NCBI GenBank assembly: GCA_002441005.1
Contig: DJWO01000009.1
Span: 402,226-466,225 of the forward strand
DNA from: Candidatus Aminicenantes bacterium UBA6228
GTDB lineage: Bacteria; Acidobacteriota; Aminicenantia; Aminicenantales; Saccharicenantaceae
Direction: 5' to 3'
DNA: 64,000 nt
Under the pieces are notes generated by a model. It had not been told where the DNA came from. It ran no database searches and was given only the letters and a program-made list of their open reading frames with translations. The translations under genes were made by a program, and so were the position numbers. How positions within the stretch are numbered: the first letter of the stretch is position 1; each line of letters starts with the position of its first letter. This document shows, one piece after another, positions 19,142-28,479 of the stretch.

Positions 19142-19402
19142 TTGACAACCGAGATTGAGCGGATTAAAATACTGGAGGGCAAAATCTCTCAGATTGTAGA
19201 ACATTTTAACCGCCTTTCTTCTGAAAATGCCCGGCTGAAGGATGAGGTCAAGCAGCTTAAGAGTGAAAAAAAAGAGCTGGAAGAAAAGCTAAAAGCCTTC
19301 GGCCTGATGACCGAAGAACTTAATCAGCTTCGTCAAGAGAAGGAAGCGGTTAAAGACAAATTAGAAGCTCTAATTGCCCAGATAGAAAAATTGGGAATAT
19401 GA
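19142..19402 (+). CDS. Small coiled-coil protein, ZapB-like (86 aa), translationally coupled to zapA
   Basis: TTG start. Heptad-rich sequence (ENARLKDEVKQLKSEKKELEEKLK). Overlaps the zapA start by 4 nt. Confidence 0.45.
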   Translation: MTTEIERIKILEGKISQIVEHFNRLSSENARLKDEVKQLKSEKKELEEKLKAFGLMTEELNQLRQEKEAVKDKLEALIAQIEKLGI

Positions 19403-19728
19403 GCGAAAAAATAATTGAAATTGAAATTTTCGGAAATAAATACAGGATCTGCGTCAAAGGAGAAGAAGACGAAGAATATATCAGCCAGCTAACCTCCTAT
19501 CTTGATCAGAAGATGAAGGAAGTGGCAGCTAAATCGCGGTCTTCAGATTTAACCAAGATAGCTGTTCTAACCGCTTTGAATCTAACTGATGAACTGTTTT
19601 TAGCCGAAAGGGAGGCAGCCAGTTTAAGAGAGGCTTTTGACCGGCTGGAAAAAGAGCTGGCTCAACTTGAGGCTCAGGTAAAGAACTATGAATCTGATTT
19701 TAATCCACTGGAAAAACTCACCCCTTAA
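19399..19728 (+). CDS. zapA: Cell division protein ZapA
   Basis: N-terminal MSEKIIEIEIFGNKYRI (ZapA beta-hairpin region) followed by a C-terminal coiled coil; ~109 aa. Confidence 0.75.
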   Translation: MSEKIIEIEIFGNKYRICVKGEEDEEYISQLTSYLDQKMKEVAAKSRSSDLTKIAVLTALNLTDELFLAEREAASLREAFDRLEKELAQLEAQVKNYESDFNPLEKLTP

Positions 19729-19779
19729 TTTGGGAGAATTAACTATTAATTCTTTTGATAAATTAGTTCTCAAGTCTAT

Positions 19780-19900
19780 CTCTGGCCATAAGCTTGAAGA
19801 AGACAGGTCTGATCCTGTCGGCCAGCCTAAGGGGCAACCGTCCAGCGGCGAATCAGCCTGACACTACCTGACCTCCTTGTAAACTCTTTTGGCCAGCAGT
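19780..19900 (+). ncRNA. Candidate structured RNA in the zapA-rny spacer (long-range closing stem plus internal hairpin); identity unknown, 6S-like only by synteny
   Basis: 5' segment CTGGCCATAAG...CAGGTC (19782-19810) is imperfectly complementary to 3' segment GACCTCC...TTTTGGCCAG (19870-19897). Internal hairpin GACAGG-tctgat-CCTGTC at 19802-19819. No homology check done. Confidence 0.2.
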
Positions 19901-19919
19901 CCGGCGAGGAGGTTTGAAG

Positions 19920-21482
19920 ATGAAAACATTATCACTGGTGGGAATTCCACTTTTAGCTATTCTGCTTTTAATTCTGATTTTTGTTTTTCTCAAGCGAAGC
20001 CAGGGTCTGAAAGGTATCCTGCAAGCGGAAGAAAAAGCTAAGGAAATTGTCGCCAGAGCAGAACAGGAAGCTGAAAAAATTAAGAGGCAGGTTGAGGGCG
20101 AAGCCCGGGAAAAGGATGTTGCCCGACAGGCTGAGTTTGAAGCTCAGACTAAGGAAAAAAGATATAAGCTAACCGAGCAGGAACGCCGGCTACTCCATAA
20201 AGAAGAAGCTCTGGAGAGACGGTATCAGAATCTGGAAAGAAAAGAAAAAGAATTTTCAGTTAAAGAACGGCGCCTGTATGCCAGGGAAAAAGAGCTGGAA
20301 CAGCTCGAGCAAAAAATAAACGAAGCTCTGGAAAAGCAGACTAAGGAACTGGAAAGAATATCAGGGCTGACTCAGGAAGAAGCTAAAAATATGCTGGTTC
20401 GCAAAATTGAAGATGAAGCCAAGCTCCAGGCTATTCAAACAGTCAGGAGAATTGAGGAAGAAACCAAAGAAAAAGGCAAAGTCTTAGCCCGGGAAATAAT
20501 TTCCAATGCTATCCAGCGATCAGCAGCCGAACATGTCGTTGAGACCACAGTTTCAGTGGTGGACCTGCCCTCAGATGATATGAAAGGCCGGATCATCGGG
20601 CGGGAAGGCCGTAATATCCGGGCCCTGGAGATGGCCACCGGGGTGGACATCATAATTGACGATACCCCCGAAGCCGTTATTCTCTCAAGTTTTGATCCTC
20701 TGCGGCGCGAACTGGCCAGAATGGCCATCGAAAAGCTGGTGGCTGACGGCCGGATTCATCCAGCCAGAATTGAGGACATTGTCGAACAGGTCAAAGTTGA
20801 ACTGGAGGAAAAAATAAAACAGGAAGGTGAAAATACTTTACTGGAGCTTGGAATTCAGAACATGCACCCGGAACTGGTCAAATATTTAGGAAAACTAAAA
20901 TACCGGACAAGTTACGGGCAAAATGTTCTTCAGCATTCAAAAGAAGTCGCTCTGCTGGCAGCTCTGATGGCCAGGGAACTTGGCCTGCAGGTGACGGTAG
21001 CCCTGAGAGCCGGGCTGCTTCATGATATAGGCAAGGCCGTTGACAAAGACTACGAAGGAACTCATACCGAACTGTCAGTGGAGTTGACCAAGAAATATGG
21101 AGAAATTGAAGCGGTGGTCCAGGCGATTGCCTCTCATCACCGGGATATAGATTTTCCATCGGTGGAAGCTGTTCTGGTCCAGGCGGCTGATACTCTGTCG
21201 GCCGCCAGGCCTGGAGCCCGCCGGGAACTCCTTGAAACTTATGTTCAAAGGCTGGAAAAACTCGAGCAGATTGCTACTTCCTTTGAAGGCGTGGCCAAAG
21301 CTTTTGCCCTGCAGGCCGGGCGCGAGATACGGATCATTGTTGATGCCCAGAAGATCTCAGATGATCAGGCGGCGGTCATTGCCCGGGATATTGCTCAGAA
21401 AATCAAGGAAGAGCTCGATTATCCTGGCCAGATTAAGGTTATGGTCATCAGAGAAATGAGAGCAGTGGAATATGCCAGATAA
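19920..21482 (+). CDS. rny: Ribonuclease Y (N-terminal TM anchor, coiled coil, KH and HD domains)
   Basis: KH motif ([13 protein letters not shown]). HD domain ([17 protein letters not shown]...LLHDIGKA). SD GAGGAGG lies 10 nt upstream of ATG 19920; the track start 19914 is a TTG extension. Confidence 0.85.
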   Translation: MKTLSLVGIPLLAILLLILIFVFLKRSQGLKGILQAEEKAKEIVARAEQEAEKIKRQVEGEAREKDVARQAEFEAQTKEKRYKLTEQERRLLHKEEALERRYQNLERKEKEFSVKERRLYAREKELEQLEQKINEALEKQTKELERISGLTQEEAKNMLVRKIEDEAKLQAIQTVRRIEEETKEKGKVLAREIISNAIQRSAAEHVVETTVSVVDLPSDDMKGRIIGREGRNIRALEMATGVDIIIDDTPEAVILSSFDPLRRELARMAIEKLVADGRIHPARIEDIVEQVKVELEEKIKQEGENTLLELGIQNMHPELVKYLGKLKYRTSYGQNVLQHSKEVALLAALMARELGLQVTVALRAGLLHDIGKAVDKDYEGTHTELSVELTKKYGEIEAVVQAIASHHRDIDFPSVEAVLVQAADTLSAARPGARRELLETYVQRLEKLEQIATSFEGVAKAFALQAGREIRIIVDAQKISDDQAAVIARDIAQKIKEELDYPGQIKVMVIREMRAVEYAR

Positions 21483-22275
21483 TTTTAAGGTTCTTTTTAT
21501 TGGAGATATTGTTGGCCGTCCCGGGCGGCGGGCCCTGGGCAAGTTTCTCCCCGATCTTAGAAAAAAATACTGCCCTGATGTCGTTATCGCCAATGGAGAA
21601 AATGCCGCTGGAGGTATCGGCCTGACTGAAGACATTGCCCGGGAACTATTATTACAGGTGGATGTACTGACTTCAGGCAATCATATCTGGGATAAAAAAG
21701 AGGTCTTTAATTACCTGGAGAAAGAACCGCGGCTCATCCGGCCAGCCAATTATCCCGAAGGTAACCCAGGTCATGGTTATTACCTCTTTCAGAATGAAAA
21801 TGGAATAAAGGCAGCCGTTCTTAATCTCCAGGGGCGGGTCTTTATGGAACCCGTAGATTGCCCCTTCCGCCGGGCGGAGAAAGATCTTGAAACCATTTTA
21901 GCCCGGACGCCCGTAGTCATTATTGATTTCCACGCTGAGGCTACCTCTGAAAAACAGGCCCTGGCCTGGTTTCTTGATGGCCGGATATCTGCTCTGATCG
22001 GCACCCATACTCACATTCAGACGGCTGATGATAGAATTTTACCAAAGGGAACGGCCTATATATCTGATGTCGGTATGGCTGGCGGTTTTGATTCAGTTAT
22101 CGGCATGAAGCCCGAACAGGCAGTCAGCCGGTTTTTAACCGGCCGGCCGCAAAAGTTTGAGCCAGCTAATGAAGGCCTGATCCTGGGGGCCGTCCTGATT
22201 GAGATTGACTCTCAAACCGGTAAAGCTTTGAGTCTAAAAAGAGAAATGATGATTGAGGATAGTCTTGAAGACTGA
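21472..22275 (+). CDS. ymdB: YmdB-family metallophosphoesterase (2',3'-cyclic nucleotide phosphodiesterase-like), co-transcribed with rny
   Basis: [12 protein letters not shown]-terminus and GNHIWD. The rny-ymdB pairing is conserved. Overlaps the rny stop. Confidence 0.8.
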   Translation: MPDNFKVLFIGDIVGRPGRRALGKFLPDLRKKYCPDVVIANGENAAGGIGLTEDIARELLLQVDVLTSGNHIWDKKEVFNYLEKEPRLIRPANYPEGNPGHGYYLFQNENGIKAAVLNLQGRVFMEPVDCPFRRAEKDLETILARTPVVIIDFHAEATSEKQALAWFLDGRISALIGTHTHIQTADDRILPKGTAYISDVGMAGGFDSVIGMKPEQAVSRFLTGRPQKFEPANEGLILGAVLIEIDSQTGKALSLKREMMIEDSLED

Positions 22276-23650
22276 TAGTCTGATCATTAAGGACAAGGTT
22301 TATACCGTCAGCGAGCTAACCAAACTCATCAGTTTTGAACTGGAAAGTTCTTTTCCTTTCGTCTGGGTCGAAGGCGAAGTTTCCAATCTGAGGCAACCCT
22401 CGTCCGGGCATTATTACTTTACTCTGAAAGACGACCAGTCTCAGGAAGAAGTTCAATTAAAGGCTGTCCTCTTCAAATTTAACGCCAGGCGAATTCAGAC
22501 CGAGAACAAAATAATTTCAATTCAGCCGAAATTCGAGTTGAAAAACGGAACCAAGGTCATCTGCGGGGGGAAAATAGCTGTTTACCAGCCGCGAGGTGAA
22601 TATCAGCTGGTAGTGGAAAAACTTGAGCCGCTGGGAAAGGGAGCCCTCCAGCTGGCTTTCGAACAACTTAAGGAAAAACTTCGGACCGAAGGCCTGTTTG
22701 ATGAAAAATATAAGAAAAAACTGCCCCTTCTGCCCAAACAAATTGGTATTGTCACCTCTCCAACCGGAGCGGCCATCAGAGATATCCTGCGTATTCTCGA
22801 ACGGCGATTTAACCGCCTCCACCTGGTCATTTATCCCGCTCAGGTTCAGGGCGAAGGAGCAGCTGAGCAAATTGCCGCTGGTCTCGATTATTTCAGGGAA
22901 AGAGATGACATTGATGTGGTCATCGTCGGGCGGGGCGGCGGCTCAGTCGAAGACCTGTGGGCTTTCAATGAAGAGGTGGTGGCCCGGGCTATTTTTAATT
23001 GCATGAAAACCAAGCCGGTCATCTCAGCAGTTGGCCATGAAATCGATTTTACCATCGCTGATTTCGTGGCTGATATCAGAGCTTCAACTCCCTCAGCTGC
23101 GGCTGAAATGGTCGTGGCCAAGGAAGAAGAATTCCGCAATAAAATTGACCAGTTAGCCGCCAGGCTTGGTCAGGCTGAAAAATATCTTCTCGAAATCAAA
23201 AGAAACAAGGTCAATCTCCTGGCCGAAGAGTACATTTACCGTAATTTTCAGGTTAAGCTGATGACTTTAGCTCAACGGGTTGATGACCTGAAGACCAGGT
23301 CAGTGCGCTCCATGCTTGAAGAAAAGAGGCAGATCAGTGAAAGCCGGGCGCGAGCTGAAGCCCAGGCAGAAAAGCTCAAACATCTCATCGAACTAAAAAT
23401 GAAGGACTATGAGGCCGGCTGGGAAAGGCTGGCTTCGGCCCTGTCCAACCTGTCACCTTTGAACATTCTCAAGAAGGGATATACAATTTGCTGGAAAGCA
23501 GGTGGCCTGCTGCCAGTCGTCAAGGCCACTGAGGTTGAACCAGGGGATGATCTGATTGTTTCTTTTTACCGCGGGGAAATTAACTGCCAGGTAAAAGGCC
23601 GTGACCCCCGGATAAAAATAGAATCAAGATTCATCAAGGAGTCAAAATGA
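22253..23650 (+). CDS. xseA: Exodeoxyribonuclease VII large subunit
   Basis: OB-fold N-terminus (VYTVSELTKLI...FPFVWVEGEVSNL) and a central catalytic region. Exact start is uncertain (TTG at 22253 or a slightly later codon) and overlaps the ymdB stop. Confidence 0.8.
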   Translation: MRIVLKTDSLIIKDKVYTVSELTKLISFELESSFPFVWVEGEVSNLRQPSSGHYYFTLKDDQSQEEVQLKAVLFKFNARRIQTENKIISIQPKFELKNGTKVICGGKIAVYQPRGEYQLVVEKLEPLGKGALQLAFEQLKEKLRTEGLFDEKYKKKLPLLPKQIGIVTSPTGAAIRDILRILERRFNRLHLVIYPAQVQGEGAAEQIAAGLDYFRERDDIDVVIVGRGGGSVEDLWAFNEEVVARAIFNCMKTKPVISAVGHEIDFTIADFVADIRASTPSAAAEMVVAKEEEFRNKIDQLAARLGQAEKYLLEIKRNKVNLLAEEYIYRNFQVKLMTLAQRVDDLKTRSVRSMLEEKRQISESRARAEAQAEKLKHLIELKMKDYEAGWERLASALSNLSPLNILKKGYTICWKAGGLLPVVKATEVEPGDDLIVSFYRGEINCQVKGRDPRIKIESRFIKESK

Positions 23651-23961
23651 ATACTAAAGGTCGGGAAATGAATTTTGAAAAAGCCCTGAGTGAACTCGAG
23701 CAGATTGTTAACAAACTGGAAAAAGGCGGCCTATCCTTAAATGAATCATTAGCCCTGTTTGAAAAAGGGATAAAATTAGCCAGATTCCTGAGATCAGAAC
23801 TGGACAAAGCAGAGAAAAAGATTGAAATTCTAATCAAGGATGAGAAAGGGGCACTCAAAGCCCAGGAATTTGAACTGGAGGATCTGGAGGCTGACTTTAA
23901 ACAGGAAGAACAAGAAGGAGAAGCTGATCAAGAAGATCTGGACGAGGAAAACGACAAATGA
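23647..23961 (+). CDS. xseB: Exodeoxyribonuclease VII small subunit (with acidic C-terminal extension)
   Basis: FEKALSELEQIVNKLEKGGLSLNESLALFEKGIKL is a canonical XseB. ATGA overlap with xseA. Confidence 0.85.
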   Translation: MNTKGREMNFEKALSELEQIVNKLEKGGLSLNESLALFEKGIKLARFLRSELDKAEKKIEILIKDEKGALKAQEFELEDLEADFKQEEQEGEADQEDLDEENDK

Positions 23962-23992
23962 ACCGGTAATAATCGCTGGCCGGGCGTTAATC

Positions 23993-24856
23993 ATGGAACC
24001 AATAAAATATCTTGAGAAGAAAAAAACCTGCCTCGAAGAGGCTCTGGCTTCCTATCTGGCCGGGGACGATTCCAGGGTTTTGGCGGCCATGCGCTATGCA
24101 GTCTTCTCCGGAGGCAAGAGAATCCGTCCCATTTTATTACTGGTTTCAGGAGAATATTTCGGTTTAACAGAAAAAATCCTCCTGCCCTATGCCTGTGCCA
24201 TTGAATATATTCACAATTATTCACTGATTCATGATGACCTGCCAGCTATGGACAATGATGATGTCCGGCGCGGGCAGCCAACCTGCCATAGAAAGTTTGG
24301 TGAAGCCTTGGCTCTGCTAGCTGGTGATGGATTGCTATCTCTGGCCTTTCAAATTCTGTTGGCTGCTCCCTGGCCGCCAGGAGGGCCACGGTTAAAAGAA
24401 GAAGTCTGCCACGACATTGCCCGGGCAGCCGGTCCAGCCGGTATGATTGACGGCCAATGGCTTGACCTGAGTTTTGACCCAGCCGAAACAAATATCAAAA
24501 CCTATGAAGAACTGGCTAAAAAAAAGACAGCCGGGCTGATCCGGGTATCAGTGGTCAGCGGGGCGAAGCTGGCTTCAGCCAGCCAGCTTCAGATCAAGGC
24601 TCTTGACAGTTATGGAACCAGCCTGGGACTGGCCTGGCAACTAAGAGATGATCTGGAAGATATCAAACAGGACAGGGTCTCTGCCGGGAATTTCCGTCCT
24701 AACCTGGCCAGGTATCTCGGTCCCCAAAAGACGAAAGCTCAGGTCAATAAGTGGCTAAACCAGGCGATTGAGACTATTAGGAAAGCTGATATCAACTCCT
24801 GCCTCCTCGAGTATTTTGCCACTCAGCTTGAATTCTTACCAGAGAGAGAATCATGA
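23993..24856 (+). CDS. ispA: Polyprenyl (geranyl/farnesyl) diphosphate synthase
   Basis: First Asp-rich motif LIHDDLPAMDNDDVRRG and second motif WQLRDDLED. Start set to ATG 23993 (MEPIKYL); the track ORF from 23840 overlaps xseB and is an upstream extension. Confidence 0.8.
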   Translation: MEPIKYLEKKKTCLEEALASYLAGDDSRVLAAMRYAVFSGGKRIRPILLLVSGEYFGLTEKILLPYACAIEYIHNYSLIHDDLPAMDNDDVRRGQPTCHRKFGEALALLAGDGLLSLAFQILLAAPWPPGGPRLKEEVCHDIARAAGPAGMIDGQWLDLSFDPAETNIKTYEELAKKKTAGLIRVSVVSGAKLASASQLQIKALDSYGTSLGLAWQLRDDLEDIKQDRVSAGNFRPNLARYLGPQKTKAQVNKWLNQAIETIRKADINSCLLEYFATQLEFLPERES

Positions 24857-26730
24857 GTCCCGAAAAACTTTTGTTGAAAATAAACTCTCCCCAGGATTTG
24901 AAAAACCTGTCGCTGGATGAACTGAAGGAATTGGCTTCAGAAATCAGAGCTAAAATCATCGAAACAGTGTCCCGGAACGGCGGGCACCTGGCCTCTAATC
25001 TCGGAGCGGTTGAGCTGACTCTGGCTCTTCATTATGTTTTTGATTCTCCCCGAGACAAGATTATCTGGGATGTCGGGCATCAATGTTACACCCATAAGTT
25101 AATTACCGGCCGGCGGGAAGCCTTCAGCCGTTTGCGTCAGTCAGGAGGCTTACTTGGTTACCCCAGCCGGGAAGAAAGCCAGCATGATGTTTATAATACC
25201 GGTCACGCTTCTACCGCTCTGTCGGCTGCTCTGGGGCTGGTGGTGGCCAGAGATAAAAAACATGAAGACTATAATGTCATCGCCGTAGTTGGAGATGGCA
25301 GCCTGACTGGCGGAGTAGCCTATGAGGCTTTAAATCAAATTGGACACCTCCGGGAGAAATTGGTCATTGTTCTGAACTATAATGAAATGAGCATCTCGCC
25401 AAGCGTTGGAGCTCTTTCCAGCTATCTATCCTATCTGGCCTCAGGCCAGCCTTTTTTGAAGATTAAAGAGCAGACCAAATCAGTCTTGAGGTCCATCCCG
25501 AAAATTGGGAGGCCTTTAATAAAAACCGCCCGGGCCTTCGAAGACCTGATTAAAAAGACTTTTTTCCCCGGTATCTTTTTTGAAGAGCTGGGGATCCGTT
25601 ATGTCGGCCCGATTCACGGGCACAGTCTTCATTCTTTAATTGAAGCTTTTGAAAATGCCAGGGAATATCCTGGTCCGGTGCTGGTTCACTGTGTTACTCA
25701 GAAAGGAAAGGGTTATCGGCCGGCCCAGCTTGACCCGGAAGAGTTTCACAGCGCCTCACCCTTTAATATTAATACCGGAGTAACAATCGGCCAGGAAAAC
25801 AACCCAACTTATTCTCAGGTTTTCGGCGAGGCTATCGCTGATCTGGGCAGCCAGGATGACTCGATCATGGCCATCACCGCCGCTATGACCGATGGCACCG
25901 GGCTTAATAGGTTTGCGGCTGAACATCCTGACCGTTTTTTTGATGTAGGCATAGCCGAGCAACATGCGGTTAATTTCGCGGCGGGCCTGGCCATAGCTGG
26001 CCTTAAGCCGGTCGTCGCTATTTATTCTACTTTCCTCCAGCGGGCTTATGACCAGATTTTTCATGATGTTTGTCTAATGGATTTGCCAGTAATTTTCGCC
26101 CTCGACCGGGCAGGCTTGGTAGGAGAAGACGGACCAACTCATCAGGGTATTAATGATATTGCTTACCTCAGACACCTGCCAAATATGATCCTGATGGCTC
26201 CCAAGGATGAAAATGAGCTTCGTCAGATGATTTATTCCGCTTTCCAGTATGGGCATCCAGTCGCCATCAGATTTCCCAAAGGCAAGGGCATCGGAGTCAA
26301 GGTCGACCCCAATTTTTCCTTTCTGCCCGCTGGCCAGGCAGAACTGCTGAAACCGGGCCAGGACCTGATCATTGCCTATGGCTATCCGGTCAATACCGCT
26401 CTGGAAGTGGCGAATCGGTTGGAAGAAAAGGGCCTGTCCTTAGCTGTCATCAATGCCCGCTTTGCCCGGCCACTGGATGAAGAGTTGATTATCAGCCAGG
26501 CTCAAAAAGCCAGGACGATTTTCACTCTGGAAGAGGGTATTCTGGAAGGAGGCTTTGGCACTGCCGTCAGGGAGCTTCTCGACCGTCAGGGGTTGTATCA
26601 GGTCAGGTTCAAAAGTTTTGGCCTGACTTCAGCTCTTTACCCGGTGGGGAAGGCAGAAGAGATAAGAAAACTGCTGAGGCTCGATGCTGATAGCCTGGTG
26701 GAAGATATCAGCCGCTTTTATTCGAGCTAA
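24853..26730 (+). CDS. dxs: 1-deoxy-D-xylulose-5-phosphate synthase
   Basis: TPP-binding GDG(x)nN region (AVVGDGSLTGGVAYEALN) and transketolase-like Pyr and C-terminal domains; 625 aa. Confidence 0.9.
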   Translation: MSPEKLLLKINSPQDLKNLSLDELKELASEIRAKIIETVSRNGGHLASNLGAVELTLALHYVFDSPRDKIIWDVGHQCYTHKLITGRREAFSRLRQSGGLLGYPSREESQHDVYNTGHASTALSAALGLVVARDKKHEDYNVIAVVGDGSLTGGVAYEALNQIGHLREKLVIVLNYNEMSISPSVGALSSYLSYLASGQPFLKIKEQTKSVLRSIPKIGRPLIKTARAFEDLIKKTFFPGIFFEELGIRYVGPIHGHSLHSLIEAFENAREYPGPVLVHCVTQKGKGYRPAQLDPEEFHSASPFNINTGVTIGQENNPTYSQVFGEAIADLGSQDDSIMAITAAMTDGTGLNRFAAEHPDRFFDVGIAEQHAVNFAAGLAIAGLKPVVAIYSTFLQRAYDQIFHDVCLMDLPVIFALDRAGLVGEDGPTHQGINDIAYLRHLPNMILMAPKDENELRQMIYSAFQYGHPVAIRFPKGKGIGVKVDPNFSFLPAGQAELLKPGQDLIIAYGYPVNTALEVANRLEEKGLSLAVINARFARPLDEELIISQAQKARTIFTLEEGILEGGFGTAVRELLDRQGLYQVRFKSFGLTSALYPVGKAEEIRKLLRLDADSLVEDISRFYSS

Positions 26731-26753
26731 AGGCGCTCCGGTCACCCAGCAAA

Positions 26754-27554
26754 ATGAATAAAATCAGACTTGATCTCCTGCTGGTCGGGCAGGGATTAGC
26801 TCCCAGCCAGGAGAAGGCTCAGGCTCTAATTATTTCCGGCCAGGTCAAAGTCAATGGCCAGGCTGTCACCAAACCAGGCACCCTGATTAGCCCGGATTCT
26901 GCTCTGGCTATTGAGCAGTCTTTCCCCTACGTGAGCCGGGCCGGGGCTAAACTGGCCAGGGCTCTTCAGGTTTTTCCGGTCAAAACCCGGGGAGTTACCG
27001 CTCTTGATATTGGCTCATCAACTGGCGGTTTTACCGATTGCCTCCTCCAGGCAGGAGCCCGCCAGGTCTATGCAGTTGATGTTAATATCAAGCAACTTGA
27101 CTGGAAACTGGCCCGGGATCCCAGGGTCAAGACTATTGAGAAGAACGCTCGTTATCTGGAGCCCTCCGACTTAAAAGACGGGCCAGAGCTGGTGGTCATG
27201 GATGTGTCCTTTATCTCTATCCTCAAGATCCTGCCAGCTGTAAAAAATATAATCAAACAAGGAGATCTGATCGCTCTCATCAAACCTCAGTTTGAGGCCC
27301 GTCGAAACCAGGTGGGCAAAAAAGGTATAATCAGAAACAGAGAAACCCACCGCCAGGTGCTTGAGCAAGTGCTGGCTGGAGTAGTCTCTCTTGGCTTTAG
27401 TGTCCAGGGGCTGGTGGCCAGTCCTGTTTTAGGACAAAAGGGCAATCAGGAATTTCTGGTCTGGTTAAAGCCTGAGGCCGGCGGCCTGAGCCAGAATAAC
27501 CTGAAAAAGATCGTTGAGGAGACGTTAACCGATGGACAGGAAGAAAAAAATTGA
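26754..27554 (+). CDS. tlyA: TlyA-family 2'-O-ribose rRNA methyltransferase (S4 domain plus FtsJ-like methyltransferase)
   Basis: S4 N-domain (RLDLLLVGQGLAPSQEKAQ) and SAM-MTase motif (ALDIGSSTGGFTDCLL). Confidence 0.8.
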   Translation: MNKIRLDLLLVGQGLAPSQEKAQALIISGQVKVNGQAVTKPGTLISPDSALAIEQSFPYVSRAGAKLARALQVFPVKTRGVTALDIGSSTGGFTDCLLQAGARQVYAVDVNIKQLDWKLARDPRVKTIEKNARYLEPSDLKDGPELVVMDVSFISILKILPAVKNIIKQGDLIALIKPQFEARRNQVGKKGIIRNRETHRQVLEQVLAGVVSLGFSVQGLVASPVLGQKGNQEFLVWLKPEAGGLSQNNLKKIVEETLTDGQEEKN

Positions 27555-28389
27555 CCAAATAGGAATTGCTATTAAGCCGCATGCTCCGGGAATAGAAAAA
27601 ATCCTGAAGGAGATCATGAGCTATCTTGAACGGGAGGGGATTAATTGCCTGCTGGAAGAAGCAGCGGCCTGCAAAATGAATTTACCTGGCGGTTACCGGC
27701 GTGAAGACCTGGCAGCCTTAAGTCAGGCCATCATCGTCCTGGGCGGAGATGGCACCCTGCTGAGTGTTGCTGCCTCCGCTGCCCGAGCAGGAGTACCGGT
27801 CATCGGGCTGAATCTTGGCCGCCTTGGCTTTTTGACTGAAATTCCTGTCGACGAGGCTTTTCCCGTCCTGGAAGCCTTTTTAAAGGATGAGAATGGCTTC
27901 ATCAGCCAGCGGACTCTGCTTGAGGTTAAGTATAAAGATCAGGCAGATCTCTGTTTGAATGATGTGGTTTTGAATAAAGGGGCTCTGGCCCGGATGATAG
28001 AGATGTTGATTTATATCAACGGGCAGGAAGTGACCAGGTTAAAAGGTGATGGCTTAATTATATCCAGCCCAACCGGCTCTACGGCTTATTCTCTTTCAGC
28101 TGGAGGGCCAATCGTTCACCCCGGAGTCGAGACTATCATTCTGACTCCAATCTGCCCCCATACCCTGTCTTTCCGGCCATTGCTGATTCCGGCTGATTCA
28201 GACATCAAAATTAAATTGTTATCGCCGGAAGAAAAAGTCTTTATCACCATTGACGGGCAAAGAGGACAGACCATTGATAAGAATGAAATAATTGAAATCA
28301 GGAAATCTGTTCTGGAACTTCAGCTGGTGACCTCTCCCTGGCGCAGCTATTACAACCTGGTTAAAGAAAAGCTTGGCTGGGCTGAATAG
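27532..28389 (+). CDS. nadK: NAD kinase
   Basis: GGDGT motif (IVLGGDGTLL), NDVVLNKG, and the conserved DGLIISSPTGSTAYSLSAGGPIV. Confidence 0.9.
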   Translation: MDRKKKIDQIGIAIKPHAPGIEKILKEIMSYLEREGINCLLEEAAACKMNLPGGYRREDLAALSQAIIVLGGDGTLLSVAASAARAGVPVIGLNLGRLGFLTEIPVDEAFPVLEAFLKDENGFISQRTLLEVKYKDQADLCLNDVVLNKGALARMIEMLIYINGQEVTRLKGDGLIISSPTGSTAYSLSAGGPIVHPGVETIILTPICPHTLSFRPLLIPADSDIKIKLLSPEEKVFITIDGQRGQTIDKNEIIEIRKSVLELQLVTSPWRSYYNLVKEKLGWAE

Positions 28390-28434
28390 CCCCGGCTAAT
28401 TTAATTCTCTCCCGTAAGGCAGTTCCCTGTTGGT

Positions 28435-28463
28435 TTGATTTTTGAATCTAAGACAGCTATTAT
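28435..28463 (+). promoter_or_regulatory. Sigma-70-like promoter for glgA-trxA: TTGATT, 17-nt spacer, TATTAT
   Basis: Hexamers read directly at 28435-28440 and 28458-28463, about 17 nt before the glgA ATG. Confidence 0.35.
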
Positions 28464-28479
28464 TTTTATCTAAGGGAAA

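Noticed and set aside
23840-23992. Track start of ispA at 23840 (overlapping all of xseB's 3' end) and track start of rpmI at 15414
   Set aside because: The translated extensions (MRKGHSKPRNL..., MFRQKQEEK...) are basic junk in another gene's frame. Internal ATGs with proper spacing after the upstream stop and canonical N-termini were preferred.
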